31,618 nt of DNA from Elusimicrobiota bacterium (GCA_043813605.1 JBDRKX010000042.1:1-31618), one strand, 5' to 3'; positions 18,200 through 27,161 are shown, counted from the stretch's first letter. The notes: a model not told the origin generated them from the sequence alone. Numbers and translations are program-made.

Positions 18200-19936
18200 C
18201 TACACAAGTGATTCCACATCAACTATGAGTACAACTCTGCCATCACCAAGTATGGTTGCGCCGCTGAAGCCCCTTGCTTTCTTTATAAAACCTTTCAATG
18301 TCTTGATCACTATCTCACGCTGACCGACAAGAGCATCTACAACAAGCCCGAACTTCTTTCCCTGAGCTTCAACAAGAACAGCATACGGATTATCCGATAA
18401 TATACTGTTATCCCTGGACTGGTATACATCAGACAATCTTAATAGCGGGATAACATCTTCCCTTACGACTATGACTTCCCTGTTGGATATCCTTTTCAAG
18501 TCACTATCCTCGACTCTTACTGTCTCCGATATGTTTTTCAAAGGTATAGCGTATGTTTCGTTTCCTGACTTAACAAGCAGGGCATTAAGTATCGCAAGGC
18601 TTAAAGGAACGTGTATGTTGAAAACCGTCCCTTTTTTATTTTCAGTTGATATCTCGAGTTTCCCGCTGAATTTTTCTACGAGCGCTTTCACCGTATCCAT
18701 GCCGACTCCTCTGCCCGATGTGTCTGTTATCTCACTTGCTGTCGAGAATCCTGCCTCACAAATAAGCATCATGGCTTCCTTATCAGAGAGTTTATCTGCC
18801 TGCTCTCTTGTAATAAAATTCTTTTCTACTGCCTTATCCCTGATGATATCGGCTTCAATGCCTTTTCCGTCGTCTTCTACAGTAATCTTTATATATCCTT
18901 TTTCCCTGGCGGCTGCAAGTTTAATATTTCCCCTGGCTGATTTCCCCGTTTTTTCCCTTTCTCCCGAAGATTCTATGCCATGATCTACGGCATTACGAAG
19001 GATATGCACGAGAGGAGCATTGATTTCGTCAAGAAGGATCCTGTCTACTTCTATATCAGTCCCTTCTATCTCAAAATTGACTTCTTTGTCTGTCCGCCTG
19101 GCCAGATCACGCACCATGCGCGGATACCTGTTAAATATGTATGTTATCGGCACCAGCCGGGTCCTGAGCACCTCTTCCTGCAGATCAAATGAAATACGGT
19201 CAAACTGTTTGAGCGCATCATCCATATCCTGAAGTACATGCTGGTTTGCGATATCCGTGATGTGAGCCTTGTTTATTACCAGTTCTCCCACAAGATTCAT
19301 AAGCACGTCAAGCTGTTTAATATTCACTCTTACACTCTTGCTCTTTCCCATAGAGGTCTCAGTTGACTTGCCGCTGGTCCAGGATCCTTCTGATTCTTTT
19401 TTCTCTTCTCCCTTAAATTCAACGTTCAGGTCATCTGCGGAATCGATTTCAGCAGAAAGAACCTCATCATCAATTTTCTCGTCTCCAGGCATATTTTCAG
19501 TGTCATCCTTTGCTTTAGAGTTTCCCGATTCAGGTTCCCGATCCTCCATGAACATACTCAGTTCATGCACTATACCGTCTATATCTACTACAGCAGGCTG
19601 AAAGCCTGCTGCTTCGTTTTTCAACATTTCCAGCGCATCACTGCATTTTAGAAAAAGATCTATTATCTCGGACGTTACTTCTTTTTTTCCATCCCGCAGT
19701 TTCTGCATCAGGCTTTCCATCTCGTGTGTTATTGCCGTGAGCTTATTGTAACCCATAGTTCCGGCCATGCTCTTGATAGTATGCGCTACCCGGAACATGT
19801 CGTTCAGAAGGGCTTCATTTCCCGGGTCTTTTTCCAGTTCTACCAGTGTTTTATTGAGAACCTGTATGTATTCATCGGTCTCACTTATAAATAACTGTTT
19901 TATTTCTTCGGATTGTGTAAAATCTTCTTCAGTCAT
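18200..19936 (-). CDS. cheA: Chemotaxis histidine kinase CheA (P1, P3, P4, P5; no apparent P2)
   Basis: FRVAHTIKSMA (His52), SVRV...LMNLVGELVI, HILRNAVDHGIE, DDGKG, SGRGVGMD, GATILGDGRV. Confidence 0.97.
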   Translation of the reverse strand: MTEEDFTQSEEIKQLFISETDEYIQVLNKTLVELEKDPGNEALLNDMFRVAHTIKSMAGTMGYNKLTAITHEMESLMQKLRDGKKEVTSEIIDLFLKCSDALEMLKNEAAGFQPAVVDIDGIVHELSMFMEDREPESGNSKAKDDTENMPGDEKIDDEVLSAEIDSADDLNVEFKGEEKKESEGSWTSGKSTETSMGKSKSVRVNIKQLDVLMNLVGELVINKAHITDIANQHVLQDMDDALKQFDRISFDLQEEVLRTRLVPITYIFNRYPRMVRDLARRTDKEVNFEIEGTDIEVDRILLDEINAPLVHILRNAVDHGIESSGEREKTGKSARGNIKLAAAREKGYIKITVEDDGKGIEADIIRDKAVEKNFITREQADKLSDKEAMMLICEAGFSTASEITDTSGRGVGMDTVKALVEKFSGKLEISTENKKGTVFNIHVPLSLAILNALLVKSGNETYAIPLKNISETVRVEDSDLKRISNREVIVVREDVIPLLRLSDVYQSRDNSILSDNPYAVLVEAQGKKFGLVVDALVGQREIVIKTLKGFIKKARGFSGATILGDGRVVLIVDVESLV

Positions 19937-21008
19937 CTGACTCCTCAGTATTCCTTATGATCCAACCCGCTATTTTTTTTAACGGCAGTATTTTATCAAC
20001 TACTCCTTTTTTTATCGCTTCTTTCGGCATCCCGAAAACAACAGAAGTAGCTTCATCCTGCACAACTGTTGTACCGCCTGCGCTTTTTATAACTTCCATA
20101 CCTTCCGCGCCGTCTCTTCCCATGCCGCTCAGCAGGACCCCTATGCTGTCCTCACCGGCAGCCCGGGCCACAGATTCCATCATTATATCAATGCATGGCA
20201 GCCGCTTATAATTCGGCCCGCGTTCATTGTTCAGGGTTATTATATACTTCTTTTTCTTTTTCTCTATCAACAGGTTATATTCCCCGGGCGCAAAAAAAAC
20301 CATTCCTGCCTGAAGAACATCCCCTTCTTCCGCCACTTTAACACAGAGTCTGCTCAAACTGTTCAGTCTTTCACTGAACCTTTTTATAAAAAAAGGAGGC
20401 ATATGCTGACTCACGAGTATAACCGATCCGAAATCGTCATGGAACCCTGTAAGTATTTCCATCAGAGCCTGCGGGCCGCCGGTCGACGAACCTATAGCAA
20501 TAACCTTTTTAGGCTGGATCAGGACAGGCTGCTTTTTTATGTCTTTCTTATCCTTATCATCGGTGTAAAAACGATAAAGTGTCCTGAGCCTCTCCCTGTC
20601 GACTGTAGCCGCTATCCTTATTTTTGTAATAAGTTCTTCGCTTACCTGGTTGAGACTTGCTTTCATCCATAACGGGGATTCTCCGCCTCCCGGTTTGGCG
20701 ACATAATCCACTGCTCCCAGTTTAAGCGCTTCTATCGAGATAGAAGTAGCCTGTTTCGAATCACCGGAAAAGATGATGACAGGTGTGGGGTTTTTTTCCA
20801 TTATCCTTTTAAGAACAGTAAGTCCGTCTACAGGGTACATCGCTATGTCCAGAGTGATAACGTCCGGATTAAGTTCGACTACTTTGCTTACTGCTTCCAA
20901 ACCGTCAGAAGCCATACCGACAACCCTTATATCAGGAGCTTTTTCCAGGATTTTGGAAACCGCATTCAATATGAATTTTGAATCATCTATTAAAAATACA
21001 TTGATCAT
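19929..21008 (-). CDS. cheB: Chemotaxis response-regulator methylesterase CheB
   Basis: Receiver (IDDS, TLDIAM) plus esterase triad motifs GSSTGGP, QHMP and GMGRDG. Confidence 0.97.
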   Translation of the reverse strand: MINVFLIDDSKFILNAVSKILEKAPDIRVVGMASDGLEAVSKVVELNPDVITLDIAMYPVDGLTVLKRIMEKNPTPVIIFSGDSKQATSISIEALKLGAVDYVAKPGGGESPLWMKASLNQVSEELITKIRIAATVDRERLRTLYRFYTDDKDKKDIKKQPVLIQPKKVIAIGSSTGGPQALMEILTGFHDDFGSVILVSQHMPPFFIKRFSERLNSLSRLCVKVAEEGDVLQAGMVFFAPGEYNLLIEKKKKKYIITLNNERGPNYKRLPCIDIMMESVARAAGEDSIGVLLSGMGRDGAEGMEVIKSAGGTTVVQDEATSVVFGMPKEAIKKGVVDKILPLKKIAGWIIRNTEESDD

Positions 21009-21011
21009 TTA

Positions 21012-21377
21012 TCACATGCTTATTATCTGCTGGGCCTTTTTTCTCAAGACTTCCGGTTTAACCGGTTTCACTATAAAGCCTTTCGCCCCCAGTTTCATAG
21101 CTTCCTCCATAGTAGCATATTGACCCATTGCCGATATCATCAATATCTTTGCCTGCGGATCGATTTTTATTATCTTTTCGACAGCAGCAAGCCCGTTCTC
21201 TACCGGCATGATGATATCCATCGTAACCAGGTCAGGATGCAGTTCCTGATATTTTTCCAGTGCTTCGCCCTCATTCTCCGCTTCACCGACAACCATCATC
21301 TTCTCATCCTGCTCAAGCATTTTTTTCAGCGTCATGCGCATGAACTTGGAATCGTCAACAATTAGTACTCTATACAT
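21012..21377 (-). CDS. cheY: CheY response regulator, from an internal in-frame start within the cheR ORF
   Basis: [14 protein letters not shown]...TMDIIMP...ISAMGQ...FIVKP, preceded by its own SD AAGGAGGT (21382-21389). Confidence 0.88.
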   Translation of the reverse strand: MYRVLIVDDSKFMRMTLKKMLEQDEKMMVVGEAENEGEALEKYQELHPDLVTMDIIMPVENGLAAVEKIIKIDPQAKILMISAMGQYATMEEAMKLGAKGFIVKPVKPEVLRKKAQQIISM

Positions 21378-22262
21378 ATATACCTCCTTATCTACCTGAA
21401 TATAAAAGTATATATTAATATTATCATTTTTTATAAAAATATGCTCTTTTGTATTAACCGGCGTAAAAAGCATTTTGCCTTTTCCGGCTATCAGTATCTC
21501 GGATTTGCCCAATATTAAATAACCCTTGTCAAAAAGCGCATTATAGAAATTCTCAAATACAATATCCTTGCTCTCATGCGTAAAATATATAACGACATTT
21601 CTGCAAAGGACCATGTCCATGTTGCTCAGATGCCTGTCACGAATGAAGTTATGGTCCTTGAATATGACCATTTCCTTAATGGCAGCCGAAATCCTGTATT
21701 TATCCGGGTCTTCTTTACCGAAGTTCTTTTCAAGCCGGCCGGGCGAAACATTCTTGAGCATCTGTTTTATATAGACTCCTTCCCTTGCCTTTTCAATGGC
21801 GTCCTTGTCTATATCTGTTGATATTATAGTAACACTGAGATCCGTTTTTGTTTTCTTCAGGATCTCAGATAAGAGTATCGCCATCGAATATGGTTCTTCT
21901 CCCGTAGAACAGCCGGCAGACCATACCCGGAAACATTTTGAACCTGTTTCCCTCTTTTTCTCTATCATACCCGGTATGATATCTTTTTCAAGCGTCTCCC
22001 ATACATTATTGTCTCTGAAAAACTCCGTTACATTAACACTGAAAGCATCAAAGAGCCTGTTATATTCTTCCCCGTCTTTTTCGATCAGTTTAAGATATGC
22101 GCGGTAATCCCCTTCGGTGATCCTTAATGCCATTAACCGCGTATTTATCCTTCTTTTCACGTGCCGTTCGTTATACTGGCTGAAATCAAACCCCCGGTCT
22201 TCGTATACCTTTCGTTTCAGCTTATCAAAAAAGAAATTTGAATATTCCTGCTCTTCTTTCAT
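21012..22262 (-). CDS. cheR: Chemotaxis methyltransferase CheR, reading through in frame into CheY in this sequence (CheR domain ends near 21425)
   Basis: [44 protein letters not shown]. No stop codon before cheY. Confidence 0.93.
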   Translation of the reverse strand: MKEEQEYSNFFFDKLKRKVYEDRGFDFSQYNERHVKRRINTRLMALRITEGDYRAYLKLIEKDGEEYNRLFDAFSVNVTEFFRDNNVWETLEKDIIPGMIEKKRETGSKCFRVWSAGCSTGEEPYSMAILLSEILKKTKTDLSVTIISTDIDKDAIEKAREGVYIKQMLKNVSPGRLEKNFGKEDPDKYRISAAIKEMVIFKDHNFIRDRHLSNMDMVLCRNVVIYFTHESKDIVFENFYNALFDKGYLILGKSEILIAGKGKMLFTPVNTKEHIFIKNDNINIYFYIQVDKEVYMYRVLIVDDSKFMRMTLKKMLEQDEKMMVVGEAENEGEALEKYQELHPDLVTMDIIMPVENGLAAVEKIIKIDPQAKILMISAMGQYATMEEAMKLGAKGFIVKPVKPEVLRKKAQQIISM

Positions 22263-23845
22263 TTTACCTTGAATTTTGATACAGCTTCCCTGACTTTCTT
22301 AGCTGCAGCATGCAGCTCGGTTGATGACGCTGATATCTCTTCCATCGAAGCGGTCTGTTCCTGGGCTCCTGCAGTTCCTTCCTGGGCGCTTGCAGCGGTC
22401 TCTTCTGCCGCGCCGGCAATACCCTCGACCTCTGTCGCTACTTCTTTTATGCTCTCAGCTACCCTGAGAAACATCTGATGGGATTTATCTACAAGCATCC
22501 TCCCTTCGATCACTTCTTTCAGACCGGTGTTAACGGTTTTAACCGCTGTCTGCGTATTATCGATAACCTGCCGGATTATAGATGATATTTCATGAGCCTG
22601 GGTCGTACTCAATTCTGCAAGTTTCCTGACTTCGTCAGCTACAACCGCAAAACCGCGGCCGGCTTCTCCGGCTCTCGCCGCTTCTATAGCCGCATTAAGC
22701 GAAAGCAAGTTTGTCTGATCCGCTATCTTTGTTATAACCGCAACTATTTTATTTATCTGCTCGGAACGTTTTTCCAGTTCCCGCATGCTGTCCATTGCAG
22801 CATTTATGGATTCCTGTATCAGCTTCATCTTTTCAAGAAGTTGTTCCATGGTCTCCCTGCCGGACCGGGAAGCCTGATCCGCTTTTGCGCTTGAAGTGGA
22901 CGCAGACTGTGAACTGCTGGCTACCTGCGCGGCAGAATCGGCTATCTGCTGCATCATTGATGAAAGCTGCCCTACTGTCTCACTTGACTGTTCCGCTATC
23001 TGGGCAAGGTTACCGGATGAATCGGTCACAAGAGCTGTCTGAACATTTACATCCGTTACCATGTTCCTTATCCCGGAAATCATTGAATTGAGCAGTTTAC
23101 CCATACTGACAAGCAATTCGTTATCAAAGCTCTCCGATGCGTTAACAGTAAGATCCCCGCGCTCCAATTGCTGCAGTACCGAGAACTGTTCACTTATACC
23201 AATCGCGAGATCATGAAAATCAGCGACAAACCGTTCTATGCTTTCCGCTGTCTTGTTAATGACTTTACCCAGGCTGGCGACTATCTCTACATTGGAATCC
23301 GAAGAAGCCCTTACAGAAGTATCTCCGTCCCCCAGTTTCTTCAGTACCTCGAAATACTCGGATATCGCCATGGAAAGCTCCATTGAAATATTCTCCATAT
23401 CCGCTTCAGCATTCCTCAGTTCTGTTATATCCACATAGTTTTCAATTATACCTGTTACCTCGCCTCTCTCGTTTTTTGCCGGGAATACAATAAGCTTGTA
23501 ATACCGGACATTACCGTCTTCCGTCTGCTTTATATATTCCATATCTATCTCAGATTCGCCATCCAGTATCCTTACGAGAGGACATTGTTCAGTCTGGCAA
23601 TTCGCCATCTTCATGTGGTTATAACATTTCATTCCCATAGCTTTTTCACGCTTGATACCTGATATATCTTCCATTGCACAATTGACAAGTTTTATCCTGA
23701 AATCCTTATCCACAAACCTTATCGCCATACGGCCTGTATCGATGACGCTCCTTAACATCACTGTTTCTTCCAGCAATTTCATATATTCCTGGTGGAACTC
23801 GTTTATTTCATTATCCTTTTTATGTTCTTTGCCAAAAAATTTCAT
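22259..23845 (-). CDS. Soluble methyl-accepting chemotaxis protein: Cys-rich PAS, two HAMP-like repeats, signalling domain
   Basis: [38 protein letters not shown] hairpin tip; no hydrophobic TM stretch; PAS ending NYVDITE. Confidence 0.95.
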   Translation of the reverse strand: MKFFGKEHKKDNEINEFHQEYMKLLEETVMLRSVIDTGRMAIRFVDKDFRIKLVNCAMEDISGIKREKAMGMKCYNHMKMANCQTEQCPLVRILDGESEIDMEYIKQTEDGNVRYYKLIVFPAKNERGEVTGIIENYVDITELRNAEADMENISMELSMAISEYFEVLKKLGDGDTSVRASSDSNVEIVASLGKVINKTAESIERFVADFHDLAIGISEQFSVLQQLERGDLTVNASESFDNELLVSMGKLLNSMISGIRNMVTDVNVQTALVTDSSGNLAQIAEQSSETVGQLSSMMQQIADSAAQVASSSQSASTSSAKADQASRSGRETMEQLLEKMKLIQESINAAMDSMRELEKRSEQINKIVAVITKIADQTNLLSLNAAIEAARAGEAGRGFAVVADEVRKLAELSTTQAHEISSIIRQVIDNTQTAVKTVNTGLKEVIEGRMLVDKSHQMFLRVAESIKEVATEVEGIAGAAEETAASAQEGTAGAQEQTASMEEISASSTELHAAAKKVREAVSKFKVK

Positions 23846-23904
23846 TCATAACACTCCCTAAAAAAATAAAAGCAGCTGGATCTGTCAATTATCAGTTTTA
23901 GTAT

Positions 23905-23949
23905 GAACCTGAAAATATCAGGCGTTGCCTGCTCAATTTCATCAGGTTC
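23905..23949 (-). promoter_or_regulatory. Stem-loop in the tusA-MCP intergenic region, function unknown
   Basis: GAACCTGA...TCAGGTTC outer stem enclosing an inner CAGGC-AAC-GCCTG stem. Confidence 0.5.
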
Positions 23950-24054
23950 CGCTCATGCCCTCTACCGCAACCCTTTTATATTATTCCTAAATCATATCCG
24001 TTCGAGTTAATCGGATGTCATTACCCCCCCCCGTGATTCAAATAGCGTTAACCG

Positions 24055-24279
24055 CTAAAACTGGATCTGTATCCTCTTGCCGCCGCCTTTTTCTTCTTTT
24101 ACCCAGAGAAGCGGTCTTTTCATACGGTCGCACCACGCTTTGATATCATTTTCAAATGTGGGACAATCGCCAAGGACTTCAAGGACATCTCCAGCGGACA
24201 TATCCACGGTTTTAGCCGCGACCTTAAGTACCGGTTGAGGACATTTCAGTCCTTTCGCATCTAATACTACTACTGCCAT
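24055..24279 (-). CDS. TusA/SirA family sulfur carrier protein
   Basis: LDAKGLKCPQP (CPxP), GDVLEV and DIKAWC; 74 aa; AGGAGGT SD. Confidence 0.92.
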   Translation of the reverse strand: MAVVVLDAKGLKCPQPVLKVAAKTVDMSAGDVLEVLGDCPTFENDIKAWCDRMKRPLLWVKEEKGGGKRIQIQF

Positions 24280-24316
24280 TTCGTTACCTCCTAAAAATAT
24301 CTCTTTCTTTATATAA

Positions 24317-25780
24317 TCAGTCTCTTCTTAATCTCTTTACAAGTCCGCGCCCGCTGTCATATATATCCACTATCATCGGCATCTGGCCGGGTAGTGAATG
24401 AGTAGCGCATGCAAGACACGGGTCATACGCCCTGAACGCCATCTCAACCATATTCAGTACGCCGTCGGAAATCTCACCGTTTTTAATCAGTGCTGATGCG
24501 GCTTTTTCTATAGACATGCATATGGGCGCCGAATTATGCAGTGTTGCAACAAGCAGGTTTACTGCGGTGAGCACCCCGTTCTCATCTGTTTTGTAATGAT
24601 GGATAAGCGTACCGCGCGGTGCCTCCACTACTCCCACTCCTTCCGAAGGAACCTGGTCAGGTATATTCCTTATGTCTTCTCCCGTTATCGACGGATCTTC
24701 GGCTAACTCCTGCATCCTTTCAGCTGCATAAAGCGCTTCTATAAGCCTTGCCCAGTGGAAAGCCAGCGTATTATGCGTAGGTTTGCCGCCAAGTATCTCG
24801 TACATTGTATCGTATTCCGCCTGCGCCAGCGGAGTTGCCATGCCATCGGAAGCATTAAGCCTTGCAAGCGGAGCCACACGGTAGACGCCACTCTCTTTTC
24901 CGTCCACAAAACCTTTCCATCCTATATTCTTGAGGTACGGGAACTTAATATAGCTCCAGGGTTCCACATGTTCAGCTATGTGGTCAAGATAGTCCCCTGC
25001 CCTGAATTTAACGTACTCCGCGCCTTCCTGGTCTACTACCCGGATATCACCGTCATAAAAATTCACCTTATTGTCTTCATCAACAAGCCCCATGTAATAT
25101 GTTTCGTGCCTGTATATATCACCGACAATGAGATCTGCATACTCTTTGTTTTGAAGCACTATATCATTGAATACCTTGAGACTGAATCTGGCAAACTCGA
25201 CGGCATTTTCGGCAACACCCGCAATCATCTGCCTTTCTTCTTCGGTTAATCCTCTTGACACACCCCCGGGAAGACCGCATACAGGATGTATCACCTTACC
25301 GCCCAGAAGCGATATCACGTCGCGGCATTCCTTACGTATCTTTATCACTTTACCTGCTGTTTCTTTTCCGACTTTCCCGATAACACCGAGTATATTCCTT
25401 TCAGCTGCCGGAGCCTGCGGACCTACTATAAAATCCGGACCGCCCAGAAAATAGAAATGAAGTGTATGATCTTCCATCATGAATGCCGAATAAATCAGTT
25501 CACGTATCTTTTTCGCTGTCTCGGTGGGCTCGATATTATACAGATCGTCAAGAGCTTTTGCCGAAGCCATGTGATGCGCGGTGGGACATACACCGCATAT
25601 TTTCGGTGTTATCCTCGGCATTTCTTCAGCCGGCCGGCCGATCGAAAAAACCTCGAACCCCCTGAGTTCCGGAACCTGAAAATACGCCCTGTCAACATTG
25701 CCCTCGTCGTTCAGAAATATCTCGATTTTTCCGTGTCCCTCAAGTCTTGAAATCGGGTCTATACTGATCTTCTTACCCAT
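24317..25780 (-). CDS. mvhA: Group 3c [NiFe]-hydrogenase large subunit (MvhA-like)
   Basis: IDPISRLEGH, L1 KICGVCPTAH, EAPRGTLIHHY, L2 RAYDPCLACATH plus a cleavable C-terminal tail. Start moved to ATG 25780, which has a GGAGG SD and no overlap with mvhG. Confidence 0.94.
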   Translation of the reverse strand: MGKKISIDPISRLEGHGKIEIFLNDEGNVDRAYFQVPELRGFEVFSIGRPAEEMPRITPKICGVCPTAHHMASAKALDDLYNIEPTETAKKIRELIYSAFMMEDHTLHFYFLGGPDFIVGPQAPAAERNILGVIGKVGKETAGKVIKIRKECRDVISLLGGKVIHPVCGLPGGVSRGLTEEERQMIAGVAENAVEFARFSLKVFNDIVLQNKEYADLIVGDIYRHETYYMGLVDEDNKVNFYDGDIRVVDQEGAEYVKFRAGDYLDHIAEHVEPWSYIKFPYLKNIGWKGFVDGKESGVYRVAPLARLNASDGMATPLAQAEYDTMYEILGGKPTHNTLAFHWARLIEALYAAERMQELAEDPSITGEDIRNIPDQVPSEGVGVVEAPRGTLIHHYKTDENGVLTAVNLLVATLHNSAPICMSIEKAASALIKNGEISDGVLNMVEMAFRAYDPCLACATHSLPGQMPMIVDIYDSGRGLVKRLRRD

Positions 25781-25781
25781 G

Positions 25782-27161
25782 CTAAACCTCCATCTCGTCC
25801 TGGGATTCACCGAAGATCTTAGAACTCAAGTCTTTTATTGTCTGCTCCATATCCGCTATCTCTTTTTCCCGTTCCTTTATCTGTTCATGGATCGTTCTAA
25901 GGTGCTCTTCCGTATTGAGCGCCGCTTCCCTGCTCTCGTCATCAGGGAGAACCATTCCTTTGTTTTCAATCCTGTTAATAAGATCTTTGATCGATGCCTC
26001 TATCTTTTCTATTTCCGCCTCTTTTCCGGTTATCTCATCATGTATCTCGTTCAAGTGGCTCTCTACATCTTCGATCTTTTTCCTGTCTTCTTCGGGAAGT
26101 CCGTCATCTGCCATCGTTACCATTTCCCGTTTAAGCACTTCTGTTTTCTCCATAAGTATTTCAGTCTTCTCTTCCGGAATATCTTTATCTTTTTCGATCA
26201 CCCCCCTCTTTCTTACAAGAAGGGAAGAAGGCAGGCTGTAGAAATTCAGCATCCCCGCCGGGTCTACAAGCGTATCAGCTATCCGGGATATCTCTTCTTC
26301 TTCTTCGGCATCTATCATCGACGCCAGCGCAGAGAGCAGCTTTGCGCCCTGGTCTATCACTTCCGAAGGCGCTCCGAAACAGCCGCGGCACGGCATATTG
26401 GCGTTAATGCACCTCTCTCCGCATCCCGACCTGGTCACAGGGCCATGACAGATCAGACCCTGTTCGAGAAAACATTTTTCCGGATCGATTTCGGTTAAAT
26501 GCACCCTTTTGAATTCCTTGAGCCTGATATTTTCCGGTTTATTGTCTTTCCGCCCGCATGTATCACACAGGCACTTATCCGGCGCAAGGACTGCTCCTTT
26601 TTCCGGTAATTTCCCCTCCAGTATGGCGGTTATCGCCTCCATTATCAGATCCGGCGGCGGCGCGCAGCCGGGCAGGTAGTAATCGACATCTATCACCATA
26701 TCAAGGGTTCTTACAGTATTATAGAATTCAGGCAGGGACAGTTCCCCTTCAAGAACACTCGTCACGGTCCCAGGCATGACTTTCTCATCATTTACGACAC
26801 TGGGCGCCTGATCATAAACCCAGTCAAATATCTGTTTACGCGAATTAAAATTTGCCAGCCCCGGTATTCCTCCTATATGCGCACAACTTCCAAAAGCAAC
26901 TACAAGCTGAGATCTGCTCCTTAAAAGTTTGACCATATCCTCCTGCTCTGCTGTCCTGATAGCGCCGTTTATAAAACTGACTGTTATTTCTCCGTCTTCC
27001 ATATTTTCGACATCCCGGCGCTTAAAATCAAGCGCAACCGGCCAGAATACTATATCTACTGCTTCCACAACCGTAAAGATATCTTCAGCCAGATCGAAGA
27101 CTGCTTCCTCACAGCCTCCGCAGGAGGCGTTCCAGTAAAAAGCGACTTTAGGTTTAGACAT
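25782..27161 (-). CDS. mvhG: [NiFe]-hydrogenase small subunit (MvhG-like) with a ~140-aa C-terminal coiled-coil extension
   Basis: ASCGGC, GSCA, PGCAP, CDTC, CFLEQGLICHGPVTRSGC and PCRGC. Start moved to ATG 27161, which has an AAGGAGG SD. Confidence 0.92.
   Translation of the reverse strand: MSKPKVAFYWNASCGGCEEAVFDLAEDIFTVVEAVDIVFWPVALDFKRRDVENMEDGEITVSFINGAIRTAEQEDMVKLLRSRSQLVVAFGSCAHIGGIPGLANFNSRKQIFDWVYDQAPSVVNDEKVMPGTVTSVLEGELSLPEFYNTVRTLDMVIDVDYYLPGCAPPPDLIMEAITAILEGKLPEKGAVLAPDKCLCDTCGRKDNKPENIRLKEFKRVHLTEIDPEKCFLEQGLICHGPVTRSGCGERCINANMPCRGCFGAPSEVIDQGAKLLSALASMIDAEEEEEISRIADTLVDPAGMLNFYSLPSSLLVRKRGVIEKDKDIPEEKTEILMEKTEVLKREMVTMADDGLPEEDRKKIEDVESHLNEIHDEITGKEAEIEKIEASIKDLINRIENKGMVLPDDESREAALNTEEHLRTIHEQIKEREKEIADMEQTIKDLSSKIFGESQDEMEV
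25815..26066 (-). repeat. Two diverged 33-aa repeats (period 51 aa) in the MvhG tail
   Basis: VESHLNEIHDEITGKEAEIEKIEASIKDLINRI versus TEEHLRTIHEQIKEREKEIADMEQTIKDLSSKI, 15/33 identical by manual alignment. Confidence 0.85.

Noticed and set aside
23880..23960. c-di-GMP riboswitch ahead of the MCP (GGAACCTGATGAA resembles the class II 5' end)
   Set aside because: It lacks the GGGCAC/GTGCAACC pseudoknot of class II and the GGCAAAC...GACGCAAAG core of class I. Retained only as an unassigned hairpin.
25781..25810. ORF-track start of mvhA at 25810, and of mvhG at 27179
   Set aside because: The downstream ATGs at 25780 and 27161 have well-placed GGAGG SDs and match the family N-termini.
25698..26498. 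266-aa plus-strand ORF and other long antisense or overlapping ORFs (e.g. 5295-5939, 7471-8046, 3861-4415)
   Set aside because: These are shadow frames of well-supported genes, with Phe/Ser/Ile-rich composition and no recognisable motifs.
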